Source: Nitrosopumilus sp.
GTDB lineage: Archaea > Thermoproteota > Nitrososphaeria > Nitrososphaerales > Nitrosopumilaceae
Direction of reading: 5' to 3'
Assembly (NCBI GenBank): GCA_965207445.1
Contig: CBDBLX010000002.1
Coordinates: 704,001 to 768,000, forward strand
Length of the DNA: 64,000 nt
A program made the translations under genes and the position numbers. The notes beneath the pieces were generated by a model, which saw only the letters and a list, made by a program, of their open reading frames with translations, was not told the DNA's origin and did no database searches. Positions 43,953 through 54,641 of this stretch are shown here, one piece after another (positions within the stretch are counted from its first letter, which is position 1; each line of letters opens with the position of its first letter).

Positions 43953-45343
43953 CAGTAGTTCGCAATGTGTTTTATATGATTTTATTTAAATAATCTGCAA
44001 TGTCGTTGAACGTTGATGATCATATTTGATCAGATCAAATAGAAAGTATAATATGTGGGGACATTTTAGTACCTCTGATAATATATGAAAAATGAGGTAC
44101 TAGAACATCAATATGAATTAGGACAAGTAAATTATAAAGTTTTACGAAAACGATTCGACGATCTCGGACTAGACATATCAACCAGATATAACCACACGTA
44201 TGAGGTGGATGATTATCTTGGTACACTTGTCACCATGTCACTCAACAACATGTGCGTAAATGCAGCAACACACAAAAGAAAACGCAATGAGGCTAACTAT
44301 TTTAGAAAAAACGAGCGCATAAACATACCATCTGAAAATACTGTGCTCAAATGCCTAAAAAGTGCAGATCTAGAGAAAGTAAAACAATGGGGTGACGAGA
44401 ATGTCAAAGCAATGCTCAAGAATGCCAAAAAACATAACATGGTCAAAAAAGGCGGTACTATTGCAATTGATATGACCGGATGGGAATATTATGGCAAGGC
44501 ACTCAAACCCGAGATGCTAAAAACAAAGCCCAAAAATGGTACTGCGAGATTTCATTCATTTATGACGGCACAAATGGTAAATCAAGCAGGTAACATACCT
44601 TTGTTTGCACATCGTGTGACCAGTAAGGATAAAATGGTCACAGTCATGCGTAAAATCATTGAAAAATTAATTCGAGAGGATGCACGTCCGGAACTTGGCC
44701 TCTTTGATCGGGGTTTTTACAATGTTGCATGCATAGATGAACTTTTGCGCTTGCGCCTGTCTTTCATAATGCCGGCAATTAAAAATAAGCGCATACAAAA
44801 ATATATTTTAGAAGTTCACAACAAAAAGAGAAAAACTGCATCAGTCATTGAGATGCGTGATAAAAACAAAAAAGCAGTAAAGTTCACATTACTTATCGTC
44901 AAAAAAAATAATGCCAAAGGAACTGATAAAACAGTCGATCAGTATGTGGCATTTGCCACAAATATGAAAATCACTAGCAAAAGCAAACTCATCAAAACCA
45001 TCCCAGAGACTTATCGCAAGCGCTGGATAATAGAGACAGGATACAGAGTGATAAAAAACACGACTCCAAAGACAACTAGCAACGCCTTGCAGCTTCGATT
45101 ACTGTTGATATTTTTTGGAATGTTATTATATGGTTTATGGGTAATGGCAAGGTACGAAAATTACGGCGGACTTGTAGATGAAAAATTATTCACAATGGAT
45201 GCGTTTGTAGATTCAATTGCCGGTTCAATCAGAAGACTGCTTCGGTGGGAATTGGAGCACGGGGGTTCCTTACCATTGTAAATCTGTCGCACTGTATAAT
45301 TAGAAATAAGATCATTAAAAATTGAGCACATTGCGAACTACTG
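43953..45343 (+). mobile_element. Intact ISH3-family insertion sequence (1391 bp)
   Basis: Perfect 17-bp TIR CAGTAGTTCGCAATGTG; 4-bp TSD ATGT. Confidence 0.92.
44085..45281 (+). CDS. ISH3-family DDE transposase
   Basis: 'IAIDMT...YYG', 'FDRGFY', 'YRKRWIIETGYRVIK'. Confidence 0.92.
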   Translation: MKNEVLEHQYELGQVNYKVLRKRFDDLGLDISTRYNHTYEVDDYLGTLVTMSLNNMCVNAATHKRKRNEANYFRKNERINIPSENTVLKCLKSADLEKVKQWGDENVKAMLKNAKKHNMVKKGGTIAIDMTGWEYYGKALKPEMLKTKPKNGTARFHSFMTAQMVNQAGNIPLFAHRVTSKDKMVTVMRKIIEKLIREDARPELGLFDRGFYNVACIDELLRLRLSFIMPAIKNKRIQKYILEVHNKKRKTASVIEMRDKNKKAVKFTLLIVKKNNAKGTDKTVDQYVAFATNMKITSKSKLIKTIPETYRKRWIIETGYRVIKNTTPKTTSNALQLRLLLIFFGMLLYGLWVMARYENYGGLVDEKLFTMDAFVDSIAGSIRRLLRWELEHGGSLPL

Positions 45344-46027
45344 ATGTAGCCGTCTCTTGTGGATTTTAGTATTGTAGTTTGACGGTAGTACATATTACGA
45401 ATTGTCGTATCAGAAACGTTTAGTTTGTGCAGGTTATTCAAATCTTGTGTAATCGTTTCAACAGTCTTTCTGTGTGAGAGTTGATATGTTATATAACGAA
45501 TTACAGAATAATCGCACTGGTCGTTTACTGAAATGTTCTTTAGCTTAATTTTGCACCGCAGTCAAGATAATTGTACTGGGTAGTTTTGTGTAATGTTAGT
45601 GTGAGGAACAAATCAGGTATCGAAACTATTGTCCGTTTTTTATCTTTGTTGATGTCTTGCATGTTGTTTTTACCCTCACATTCTGGGCAGGCATGTAGCA
45701 ACATGTCTCTTTTTTTCTGTTGCTTTGAATATATGAGTACAACCATTTCGTTAGTTTTTGATATTGATGTTATACTCTGTCATTGTCCTATGCAACTTAC
45801 TAGATGAGTTGCTGTGAGCATTCCTACTGGCCGACATCTAATTTGAAGGGGGCTTTTACATAACCACTACTAATTACATGACTCGGAAAATTATGTGCAA
45901 GTATGTCTATGCTGTGAAATATTATAAAAGATAAACTGACCTTGATTTGCTAAATGAATAATAAATTACATAACGCAATATACCAATCTCTCATAATTTG
46001 GTACTAATCGCAACAAACACTAATGGT

Positions 46028-46210
46028 TTAGCATTCTCTTCGTTCCAATTCTAGCTTGATTTTGTAGATGGTCTCTTCACATCGATCAACTAAATCTGCA
46101 TATCCTCTCCATGCTTCCATTTCTGCAAGTTTGGTCTTGAGTTCCTCACAGGTGCGAAGGTCATCAATATCAAATGGTGTTACTGGTGCCATACTTTTGT
46201 TTTTCTGCAC
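46028..46210 (-). CDS. Small hypothetical coiled-coil protein
   Basis: Overlaps the end of the MNT-HEPN gene; protein-like sequence. Confidence 0.45.
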   Translation of the reverse strand: MQKNKSMAPVTPFDIDDLRTCEELKTKLAEMEAWRGYADLVDRCEETIYKIKLELERREC

Positions 46211-46886
46211 ATGCCCAATTAAACGTTTCTTTAGCTAGTGATGTAAATTGAATATGATTTACATCTGTATGCTGCCAAAAATATTTTGAAAGTTTTGCAA
46301 TGGTATTTGCGTATGGTGCATTGACTTTCTTGGCATATTTATCTAGGTCCTTTGTGTGAGAAAATTGATTGTCCTTTAATAATAGGACAGTTTTTAGAGA
46401 AGCTGCCACACTATGAAACGCTAGAGTAAGCATATATCGGGCAGTACACTCTTGCATGACTTTTGTCTGTATCTTGAACAAAAATTGTTTTGCTTTGTTT
46501 AGCCAATATGTACTAGACAGTTCATAATTTACAATAGGTGATATTGTCAACCCATCAAGTGATCCATAAACTAGAATGTTATTACGTAAAGCATAATAGT
46601 ATTCTGTACCATATATGTTACATTTATCTTGTATGTGAGAATATGTGTCAAGAAAGACTGTAGTACTTTTGACACCTCCTTCACACTTTAAGATATCACA
46701 TATGTGCCAATTAAGTTTAAACCATTGAGATTCGGCAAGTGTTTTATTTAATATGCACATAATGTCTAAGTCACTATCGGGGCGCTGTGTATTGCGTGCT
46801 TGTGAACCAAAAACAATTACTGTATTAATTTTATCTGGCATGTTTTGTTTTAACATGTCAATGGATACACGTCCTTGCTTGTTCAT
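46170..46886 (-). CDS. Minimal nucleotidyltransferase-HEPN fusion protein
   Basis: MNT motif 'FGSQARNTQRPDSDLDI'; HEPN-like 'FHSVAASLKTVLL...HTKDL'. Confidence 0.75.
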   Translation of the reverse strand: MNKQGRVSIDMLKQNMPDKINTVIVFGSQARNTQRPDSDLDIMCILNKTLAESQWFKLNWHICDILKCEGGVKSTTVFLDTYSHIQDKCNIYGTEYYYALRNNILVYGSLDGLTISPIVNYELSSTYWLNKAKQFLFKIQTKVMQECTARYMLTLAFHSVAASLKTVLLLKDNQFSHTKDLDKYAKKVNAPYANTIAKLSKYFWQHTDVNHIQFTSLAKETFNWACAEKQKYGTSNTI

Positions 46887-47440
46887 AAAAATATAATGAT
46901 AATTCTACAATAAATATTCTCAGAAATGAATGTATGTTCTGTGGGTTAACGTATCATCTCGGGTCAAATCGGCAGTCACAAACGGTACCGGGACTTTGCT
47001 ATGGGCGGCAAAACGAAAGATATATTAAACTAAATGCGCGCTTAATTTAATCCTGAAACGAAGAGTCCAAAGTAATCATGAATTGTATGCGCGCATGACA
47101 GTGGCGCAGACTGTCAGGTGCAAAGCCTGCAATGGCACAGGCGTGGTAATGATGGTAGATGACAAGTGCAGAGAGTCATCCCAGAATACGCTACTGTGCA
47201 GAGAGGTGGCCAGGGCATGGGGTGCAGTTGCAACACATGAGTAATTTTTGAAGAGTATCTATGAGATATCCCAAAACGTAATAACGGGACTGGTTAAAAT
47301 CGGCCAAAAAAGATGACAAGATTGCAGAACAGCAGCAGACCATTGAGAGAATGGATAGTGAGTTGAGGGTGTACAAGGATAGGGTGAATGGTGGTGATGG
47401 TGGTGATGGTGTGGGAAAAGATAATGATGCTGACAGTGGA

Positions 47441-47556
47441 GCATAATAGTTTCATTAAAGATCCGATAGTTTTCTAATATTTTGTATTCATAATATGTGC
47501 TCAACTTCGAGATGAATATCAATCAAAATATCGGATCTTTAATCATATCAGTAAGC
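47441..47556. repeat. 116-bp inverted-repeat element, copy 1
   Basis: ATTAAAGATCCGATA...TATCGGATCTTTAAT core within ~28-bp imperfect IRs; near-identical to 54365-54480. Confidence 0.85.
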
Positions 47557-49135
47557 AGGAGAAAAAGAAGAACTCGGGCAAAAAAAGACCCGGCGTGAAT
47601 ACCGACGCGCCGTAGTCGTGTATGAGGCGCAAAAAATGGGCTTGGTTCCAAGACGGTTGCAGCAGAGACACAAAAAAGAAGAAGAAAGCCGGGGCCCAGA
47701 AGGGCCACAGAGGTGTGTCGCGCGGGGGAAAAGTTGACAAGACTGTACACCTCCAATCCGGATTATGTGACGGGTGTGGAAGATTTGATGGGATGAGTCA
47801 AGACCATTCGCAAGCGCATGAATGACTTGGGTAAATCTAGACTAACCACAAATGAAGTGATGTATGTTAAGAATGTGAGACTGTGTCCGGAATGCCTCAT
47901 CTATGTCATCTCGCACGCAGATGACATACATGGCACGTCGTTTGGGACAAGCATGCGCGCACAAATACATACATACCGGGACGGGCATGCAACAGAGATA
48001 TATGTGTACATACATTGCCGGGATAGAGGATGTGTCATTTTCAGAAGGGACTATATCTGCGTGCATCTCTGCGATTTCAGCACACGAGGACGGACCTGTG
48101 CTGGCATTGCCTAACGAACAGCCCATCACGTTTGATGATGATGACCTGCGCGAGTTTCGCTCGCCCGTACGGCCGTGTCCACCAGATGACACCGAATACG
48201 GACGGCTTGATGCGATACTTACACAACGCTCCACACTGTGGACGTCGTTTCTCCCCCCACCTCTCACCGATAATGGTGCGCATCATACAGCGTACATCGA
48301 TGGATCCGTATGCCAGCACCGACGAGACTGGCAACCATATAGGAGGGGCCGGCGTGCAGACGTCAGTTGCCAAAACCACACATACCACGCAGGTTCGAAT
48401 CATCAAGCACCGGGACGCAGACACGCTGCACAAGATCTGGGTCTGGCTAAAACACAGGCCCGCAATGCGTGACGGCACTCGCGGATACGAGTGGCACGCA
48501 AACAAAGAGGATGGTACAGATGGGGACAGGGCATGATGCGACGTCCACCTTTTACGTGACGCCGAAGAGTCTACCATGGAATACAATCTTGGATCACCGC
48601 AACACGTGCGTCACCATGAGATGCGCGGCATATGCCACGACGCCAACCGCATCCGCAAGATCGCAATGGACCGTGCAGGTGGACCCCTTGTATGTGCAAG
48701 CCATCTAGGGCACATCCACAAGATTCGGGGACTTGTATCATACATTGAACAGCAGAACCACAGGCTCACAAAACACGTCCAGAATCCCTTGAGATGGCAC
48801 CTCCTGACGCGGTCACCACGACCATATCAAACGCGCTGCCCAACATGTTCACTCTGATTCGTGTACCGGACATGCCCCTCCTCCACAACAACAACGGCAA
48901 CGAGTTGTCAATACGCGATAACGTCGTAGTCGACCGTCGCCGCATTGTATTTCCCGATGCAGTGGGCGCTTACAACTTTTCTGTAATGAGAACTGTCGTT
49001 GCCACCTGCAAAAAGAATGGCACTATCTCATATAAGGGCGTCACGGGCATGGCAGAAGATTCAACATGGAACATCTTCAGCGTCGGTATACCTCCGCCGA
49101 TCTTCGGCTCGACAGGGGGCGGAGACGCACACTGA
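47557..49135 (+). pseudogene. Multiply frameshifted IS66-family transposase (GC-rich)
   Basis: 'GAQKGHRG..R...CDGCG', 'CPEC', 'HNNNGNELSIR..VV.RR...GA..FSVMRTVVATCKKNG' spread over several frames. Confidence 0.8.
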
Positions 49136-49508
49136 CAACAGGACAGAACTCACGACATCCGTAGTTCAGTTTCGCCCCCACATGCATAATTGACCAATAC
49201 GGCGGCAGGGTTGTCGCCACATGGGTATGAATTTGACCTGAGCTGATATGATTGACAAAACATCTACGCCCAATAAAACAAATTACACTCAACATCATCC
49301 TACATAATATAAATACTATATGAACAATTTATGTTCATTAAATTATTATTTTTATCTGGATATTTTATTTTATAACTAGTTTGAGATCAAAATATCATAT
49401 TTTACCTAGATATAAAATAATCAAATATCAAAATTTATTATTTTAAAATCTACAAATATTATTTTCAATCTCATAAGATGATATGTTATTGTTGTATGGT
49501 CTACTACA

Positions 49509-49796
49509 TTATTCTATTATCTTGACTCCTTGCCAAAATGCTATCATTCCTTGTATCTGCTGTGCCTCTGAACTAGGCTCAGCATAATACCATGCGCAGT
49601 CGTTGTTTGACTTGCCATCTTTTGTTACGATGGAATAATAGTTTGCCATTCCCTTCCAGCCGCAAAAACTCGTGGCCTTGCTTTTTTGCAACAACTCCAT
49701 ATTGACTGAGTCTGCAGGAAAGTAGTGATTCCCCTCTACCACTATTGTATCGTCACTTTGAGCAATTATAGTATCATTCCATACAGCTTTGACCAT
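49509..49796 (-). CDS. DUF427 family protein
   Basis: 'VEGNHYFP', 'CGWKG.A.YY', 'AWYY..P'. Confidence 0.9.
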   Translation of the reverse strand: MVKAVWNDTIIAQSDDTIVVEGNHYFPADSVNMELLQKSKATSFCGWKGMANYYSIVTKDGKSNNDCAWYYAEPSSEAQQIQGMIAFWQGVKIIE

Positions 49797-49805
49797 TCAA
49801 ATCAC

Positions 49806-51272
49806 CTATTGTACATCTCCCTTCATCTCTTCTCGTGACCGAAACTGTGGAGTCACGCCAAGTGCATCATAATTACCTGTCGCACAAGAAAAACACATAG
49901 AATCAATGGGAATATTAACTGCTGTTGCTAGTGTTTGCGCATCGTTGTATCCTAAAAAGTCTGCACCAATGTCACGTCTTACCCTCTCTACCACTTCTTC
50001 TCGCGTCATATTGTTCTCTTTAAACCCATTGCTCGGATATGTTGCAAGCTCCTCTTGTGATGGAAAGTCTATTCCTGCATAACATGGGTGCGTGACAGGT
50101 GGATATGTAATTAACATACTTATCTTACGTGCTCCTGCACGCTTTAGTGCTTTGACAATTGACTTTGAGCTAGTCCCTCTAACCAAACTATCATCGATAA
50201 CTATTACATGCTTGTCTACTATAATCTCCTTTATTGGCATTATCCACCTGTTGATCTCAATGCGCTCAGTCTGATGTGGCTCGATGAAACTGCGCAATGG
50301 TCCTCTCTTACTATATCTGTCCTTGAGTAACCCCTCATCAAAAGATATGCCGATCTCTTGAGCATATCCTAATGCAGCGGGTCTAGCAGAGTCTGGAACA
50401 GGAATTACCAAATCTGCATCATGTATTGGGAATTTGTGTGCTAGGAGCTTGCCAATATTCTTTCTTGCAACATAGATGTTTGTTCCTTCCATGTTGCTTG
50501 ATGGATGTGCAAAATATGTAAACTCAAATGAACAGTGAGCCCTTGACTTGTCATTTGAGAACATCTCGGATTCTAATCCATCCACGCTTATCCGAAGCAA
50601 CTCACCTGGTGTCACGTTTCGAACCAAAGACGCACCAACTGCAGAGAGTGCTGATGATTCAGACGCTACAATGTATACATTATCATCTTTTTTATGTCCT
50701 AGCACCATGGGTCGAAACCCCTTTGAGTCCCTTGCGGCATAAACTGAGCCATCATCTGAGACAAATGTAAAACAAAATGATCCGACCATCTCATCTTTTA
50801 ATATTGTTAATGCTTGTCCAATTTTGCTATTTTCTGATATTAGTGACACTAGACGTTGAGCGGCTACTAGCGTATCGCTTGCACTCTGTGGTGTAAATGT
50901 ACATCCACCGACTAAATTTGAGAGTTCATGTGCATTTGCTATTGTGCCATTGTGTGCGATACACAAATCCTTGACTTTGAGTGGTTGTGTATTTTCTAGT
51001 CCACCACTTCCTACAGTTGAGTACCTTACATGTCCAATTACTGCATGTGACGAGTATTCGGCAGACAATCGTTTAAAATCCGATGATGAATCAGATACTA
51101 ATCCCATGCGCTTTAGTGGACTTTTGTTTGGTATTGCAATACCCCATGCCTCTTGGCCGCGATGTTGCAGTGCTCTTAGTGCATCAATACACATTGGAAC
51201 AACATTTGTTTTGTTCAGGCTAAACACACCCACTACTCCGCAGTTCTCGTGAGGTCTGTCATCAAGTACCAT
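49806..51272 (-). CDS. purF: Amidophosphoribosyltransferase
   Basis: 'ENCGVVG', 'LQHRGQE', 'IDDSLVRGT'. Confidence 0.97.
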   Translation of the reverse strand: MVLDDRPHENCGVVGVFSLNKTNVVPMCIDALRALQHRGQEAWGIAIPNKSPLKRMGLVSDSSSDFKRLSAEYSSHAVIGHVRYSTVGSGGLENTQPLKVKDLCIAHNGTIANAHELSNLVGGCTFTPQSASDTLVAAQRLVSLISENSKIGQALTILKDEMVGSFCFTFVSDDGSVYAARDSKGFRPMVLGHKKDDNVYIVASESSALSAVGASLVRNVTPGELLRISVDGLESEMFSNDKSRAHCSFEFTYFAHPSSNMEGTNIYVARKNIGKLLAHKFPIHDADLVIPVPDSARPAALGYAQEIGISFDEGLLKDRYSKRGPLRSFIEPHQTERIEINRWIMPIKEIIVDKHVIVIDDSLVRGTSSKSIVKALKRAGARKISMLITYPPVTHPCYAGIDFPSQEELATYPSNGFKENNMTREEVVERVRRDIGADFLGYNDAQTLATAVNIPIDSMCFSCATGNYDALGVTPQFRSREEMKGDVQ

Positions 51273-53589
51273 GTATTATATCCCCCAATACACTTGACCA
51301 TTCATGACGTGTCTTCTGAACATTTAATCTGGCAATTATATCATTATTTAATACATGTTTAGAATTTACAAATGTGATGTGACTGCCTCCTATCTCACCT
51401 ATATGCTCGTATGTGGCATTTGATGCTGATAACATATTCTTGGCATTATTTATTTTGTTAGCACTTATGATCAGAATATATCTTGAATGACTCTCTGAGA
51501 ACATTACTGTTTCATTATATGTAAAATCATCAATGTTACCATCATTATCACTATTATCATATGCATTGTAATCTCCTGTAGTATCTTCAGTAGAATCATT
51601 ATACTGAAATGGTATCTTTGCAAGATCAACTCTGCATCCTATCCCACTCTCAAGACACATCTCAGATATTGCAACGGCAATACCCCCCTTTGAGCAGTCA
51701 TGTGCAATACTAACAAGCCCTGATCGCTTTATCTGAATTATTGCATCAGAGTTGGTTTTAGATTCTGTATAGTTGACTCGAGGACATCTACCCCCAATAT
51801 CAATACCTCTAACATGGCCATAGTATTCGGATCCTCCCATCTCGTATTTTGTTTTGCCTACTATAATGATATGATCCCCTTTGCAAAGATTCCTTTGAGT
51901 TGTTGTTTGTATTGTATTTTCTGATTTGTCTGATGCTAATGTTGTTGTTTCTGATAAACTTGGTATCAATCCCAACACCGCAATTACTGGAGTTGGTTTG
52001 ATCGGTCCTGATGCAGTCTCATTGTACAGACTGACCTTGCCGCCTATGCATGGTATATTCATCGCTTTTGCAAAATCTGATATGCCATATAATGACTCTT
52101 TGAATGTCCAAAATATCTCTGGATCATTTGGATCTCCGAATTGCATATGATCGAGCATTCCTATTGGTGTTGCACCCGTACATACTACGTTTCTGCATGC
52201 TTCCTCAAAGCATCCTATTGCACCTTGACGCGGATTGATATAACAATGCTTTGGGTTCCCATCCATGGACACTGCCAAGTGTTTGCCATTGTCGAGTCTT
52301 AAAACTGCTGCATCGGCACCGGGCCTGACTGTTGTTCTAATTCCAACCTCATAATCGTACTGGTTGTATACTGACTTGCGACTGGCAATATTTGGTGATA
52401 ATAACAACTTGTGCAATGCGTCAGTAAAATATGTGATATCATGTGATATCATGGATTTTATATGTATATTTTCAATATCACTCAAATATAATGGTCTTTT
52501 AGCAGGCAAATCCAATAGTTTCGCATTTGCGACTAGTTCAGCTGGCATCTTGGCTATTGTATTTTTATCTCTATCTGTTATGTTCATCATTTTATCTGAT
52601 CTAACAGTTCCAATTACGGAACATGTGACTTGAAATTTTGCACATATCTTTTTTATCGTATCAATACCCTTGTCTGCGTCTGTAATTATTAACATTCTCT
52701 CTTGAGACTCTGATGTCATTATTTCTACTGCATGCATGTTGGACTCTCTTGTATGAACTGACATGACGTCCATCTCGATTCCTATTCCTAATGTGTCTGC
52801 TGTCTCTGATATGGCACATGAGAGTCCACCTCCACCTAGATCCTTCATGGCATGTATTACACCTGCATTCCTAATCTCTAGTATTGCCTCTATCAATAAT
52901 TTTTCTATAAATGGATCTGGTATCTGGACTGCTGATCTGTCTTCTGTCTCTAGTGCATCTGATGCAAACTGTGATCCTCCGATTCCATCTCGACCTGTAT
53001 CCCCACCTAGTAACATTACAGCATCGCCTACATTTGCGTGGTTCTTAATCAGTTTGTCACGTTTGCCAAATCCAATTGCTGCCACATCGACCATTGTATA
53101 TCCTAAATAAGATGAATCAAACTCAATCTCACCACCTATTGTTGGTATGCCAAGACAGTTACCATAGTCTGATATTCCACGTATGACGTTCTTAAAGAGC
53201 CATCTTGCTTTTGGATCTATCGTAACATCTCCAAAACGTAACCCATCTAATATTGCAATAGGCCGTGTGCCTGCAGATAAAATATCTCGAATTACGCCTC
53301 CCACACCTGTAGCAGCACCCCCATACGGTTCTACTGCTGATGGATGGTTGTGGCTTTCAATATGTGCTGTTATGACATAGCCGTCCCCAACATCTAGTAC
53401 GCCTGAATCATATCCTTTTTCAGTAATTACAAGTGGTCCATCTGTCGGAAGTATTTTGAGATGCTTTTTTGAAGACTTGTACGAACAGTGCTCTGACCAT
53501 TCTGCGGCTATTATATGTCTCTCTGTATCGTTTGGTTGCCTTTTGAGCTTTGATACTAGATATTCTAGTTCCTCTGATTCTAGACTCAG
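51262..53589 (-). CDS. purL: Phosphoribosylformylglycinamidine synthase subunit PurL (CTG start)
   Basis: Frame is open 95 codons upstream of the track start and includes 'WSEHCSYKSSK' and 'ESHNHPSAVEPYGGAATG'. Confidence 0.93.
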   Translation of the reverse strand: MSLESEELEYLVSKLKRQPNDTERHIIAAEWSEHCSYKSSKKHLKILPTDGPLVITEKGYDSGVLDVGDGYVITAHIESHNHPSAVEPYGGAATGVGGVIRDILSAGTRPIAILDGLRFGDVTIDPKARWLFKNVIRGISDYGNCLGIPTIGGEIEFDSSYLGYTMVDVAAIGFGKRDKLIKNHANVGDAVMLLGGDTGRDGIGGSQFASDALETEDRSAVQIPDPFIEKLLIEAILEIRNAGVIHAMKDLGGGGLSCAISETADTLGIGIEMDVMSVHTRESNMHAVEIMTSESQERMLIITDADKGIDTIKKICAKFQVTCSVIGTVRSDKMMNITDRDKNTIAKMPAELVANAKLLDLPAKRPLYLSDIENIHIKSMISHDITYFTDALHKLLLSPNIASRKSVYNQYDYEVGIRTTVRPGADAAVLRLDNGKHLAVSMDGNPKHCYINPRQGAIGCFEEACRNVVCTGATPIGMLDHMQFGDPNDPEIFWTFKESLYGISDFAKAMNIPCIGGKVSLYNETASGPIKPTPVIAVLGLIPSLSETTTLASDKSENTIQTTTQRNLCKGDHIIIVGKTKYEMGGSEYYGHVRGIDIGGRCPRVNYTESKTNSDAIIQIKRSGLVSIAHDCSKGGIAVAISEMCLESGIGCRVDLAKIPFQYNDSTEDTTGDYNAYDNSDNDGNIDDFTYNETVMFSESHSRYILIISANKINNAKNMLSASNATYEHIGEIGGSHITFVNSKHVLNNDIIARLNVQKTRHEWSSVLGDIIHGT

Positions 53590-54308
53590 TTTGTAGTTGC
53601 ACCTCTTTGCAAAGTCGTATTTTGTGTAATTGTGAGATCTGTCATAGATTTGACAAGTGATTCGAATATCAACCTAGCCGGTTTGCAATCTATTGGATTC
53701 GTATCATATTCTGCTGCTCTTTCAGGATGTGGCATTAGCCCTACTATATTGTAGTCTTTATTACACACTCCTGCTATTTGTTCAACTGAGCCGTTGATCT
53801 CATTTGAATATTTGAATACAATTTGATTGTGTTTTTTCATATCAATTAATGTGTCATCATCTGCATAGTAGCGGCCTTGTCCATTTGCTATTGGGATTGG
53901 TATGTTTTGTCCCATCTGTAAGCAAGAAGTAAATGGCGTATGTGTGTTATTTACAGTTAGATGTGTCCATTGACACATGAATCCTAGTGATTCGTTTACA
54001 AGCAAGGCCCCTGGCAACAATCCTGATTCAACTAGAATCTGAAAGCCATTACACACTCCGAGTATTGGTACATGCTGTGATGCTTGTTGTGTTACATCAC
54101 TCATTATGGGGCTATGTGCTGCAATTGCTCCTGCTCGTAGACGGTCACCGTATGAGAATCCGCCGGGTAGTATTATTGCACTTGTATCTGTAGGCAAGGG
54201 TTTGGTATGCCATACATATTGTACATTTAAATCAAACACATCTTGTAAAACGTGGTGCATGTCACGATCACAGTTGCTACCTGGAAAGACTACGATCACG
54301 ACTTTCAC
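53586..54308 (-). CDS. purQ: FGAM synthase glutaminase subunit PurQ
   Basis: 'FPGSNCD', 'PGGFSYGD', 'GVCNGFQIL', 'MPHPER'. Confidence 0.97.
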   Translation of the reverse strand: MKVVIVVFPGSNCDRDMHHVLQDVFDLNVQYVWHTKPLPTDTSAIILPGGFSYGDRLRAGAIAAHSPIMSDVTQQASQHVPILGVCNGFQILVESGLLPGALLVNESLGFMCQWTHLTVNNTHTPFTSCLQMGQNIPIPIANGQGRYYADDDTLIDMKKHNQIVFKYSNEINGSVEQIAGVCNKDYNIVGLMPHPERAAEYDTNPIDCKPARLIFESLVKSMTDLTITQNTTLQRGATTN

Positions 54309-54364
54309 AATGTGTTGTTTGTATGGACGTATTTATTTTGTAGCAGATTTGAGGTTACACACAT

Positions 54365-54480
54365 GCATAATAGTTTCATTAAAGATCCGATAGTTTTCTA
54401 ATATTTTGTATTCATAATATGTGCTCAATTTCAAGATGAATATCAATTAAAATATCGGATCTTTAATCATATCAGTAAGC
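54365..54480. repeat. 116-bp inverted-repeat element, copy 2
   Basis: About 3 substitutions versus 47441-47556. Confidence 0.85.
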
Positions 54481-54641
54481 ATCTTGGAGCACATACAAGA
54501 CGAAAACATCGCCGCGGTGCCCGACATACATGACATGATAAACGTATTTTATCATTCCACCTAGAATTGGACAAAATTCATCGCCGCGGGCCAGATACAC
54601 ACGAGCGGAATGGTAAATTAGTCGAAACTGAGCGTAATCTG

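Larger units (their letters stand above)
43405..45760 (-). pseudogene. Decayed IS66-family transposase interrupted by an ISH3-family IS
   Basis: CPEC zinc finger (45540-45746); removing the IS restores ...KSTRDGYMTELEKSQSVIMDET...; C-terminal 'LFAFVLYPFVHSTTN'. Confidence 0.75.
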
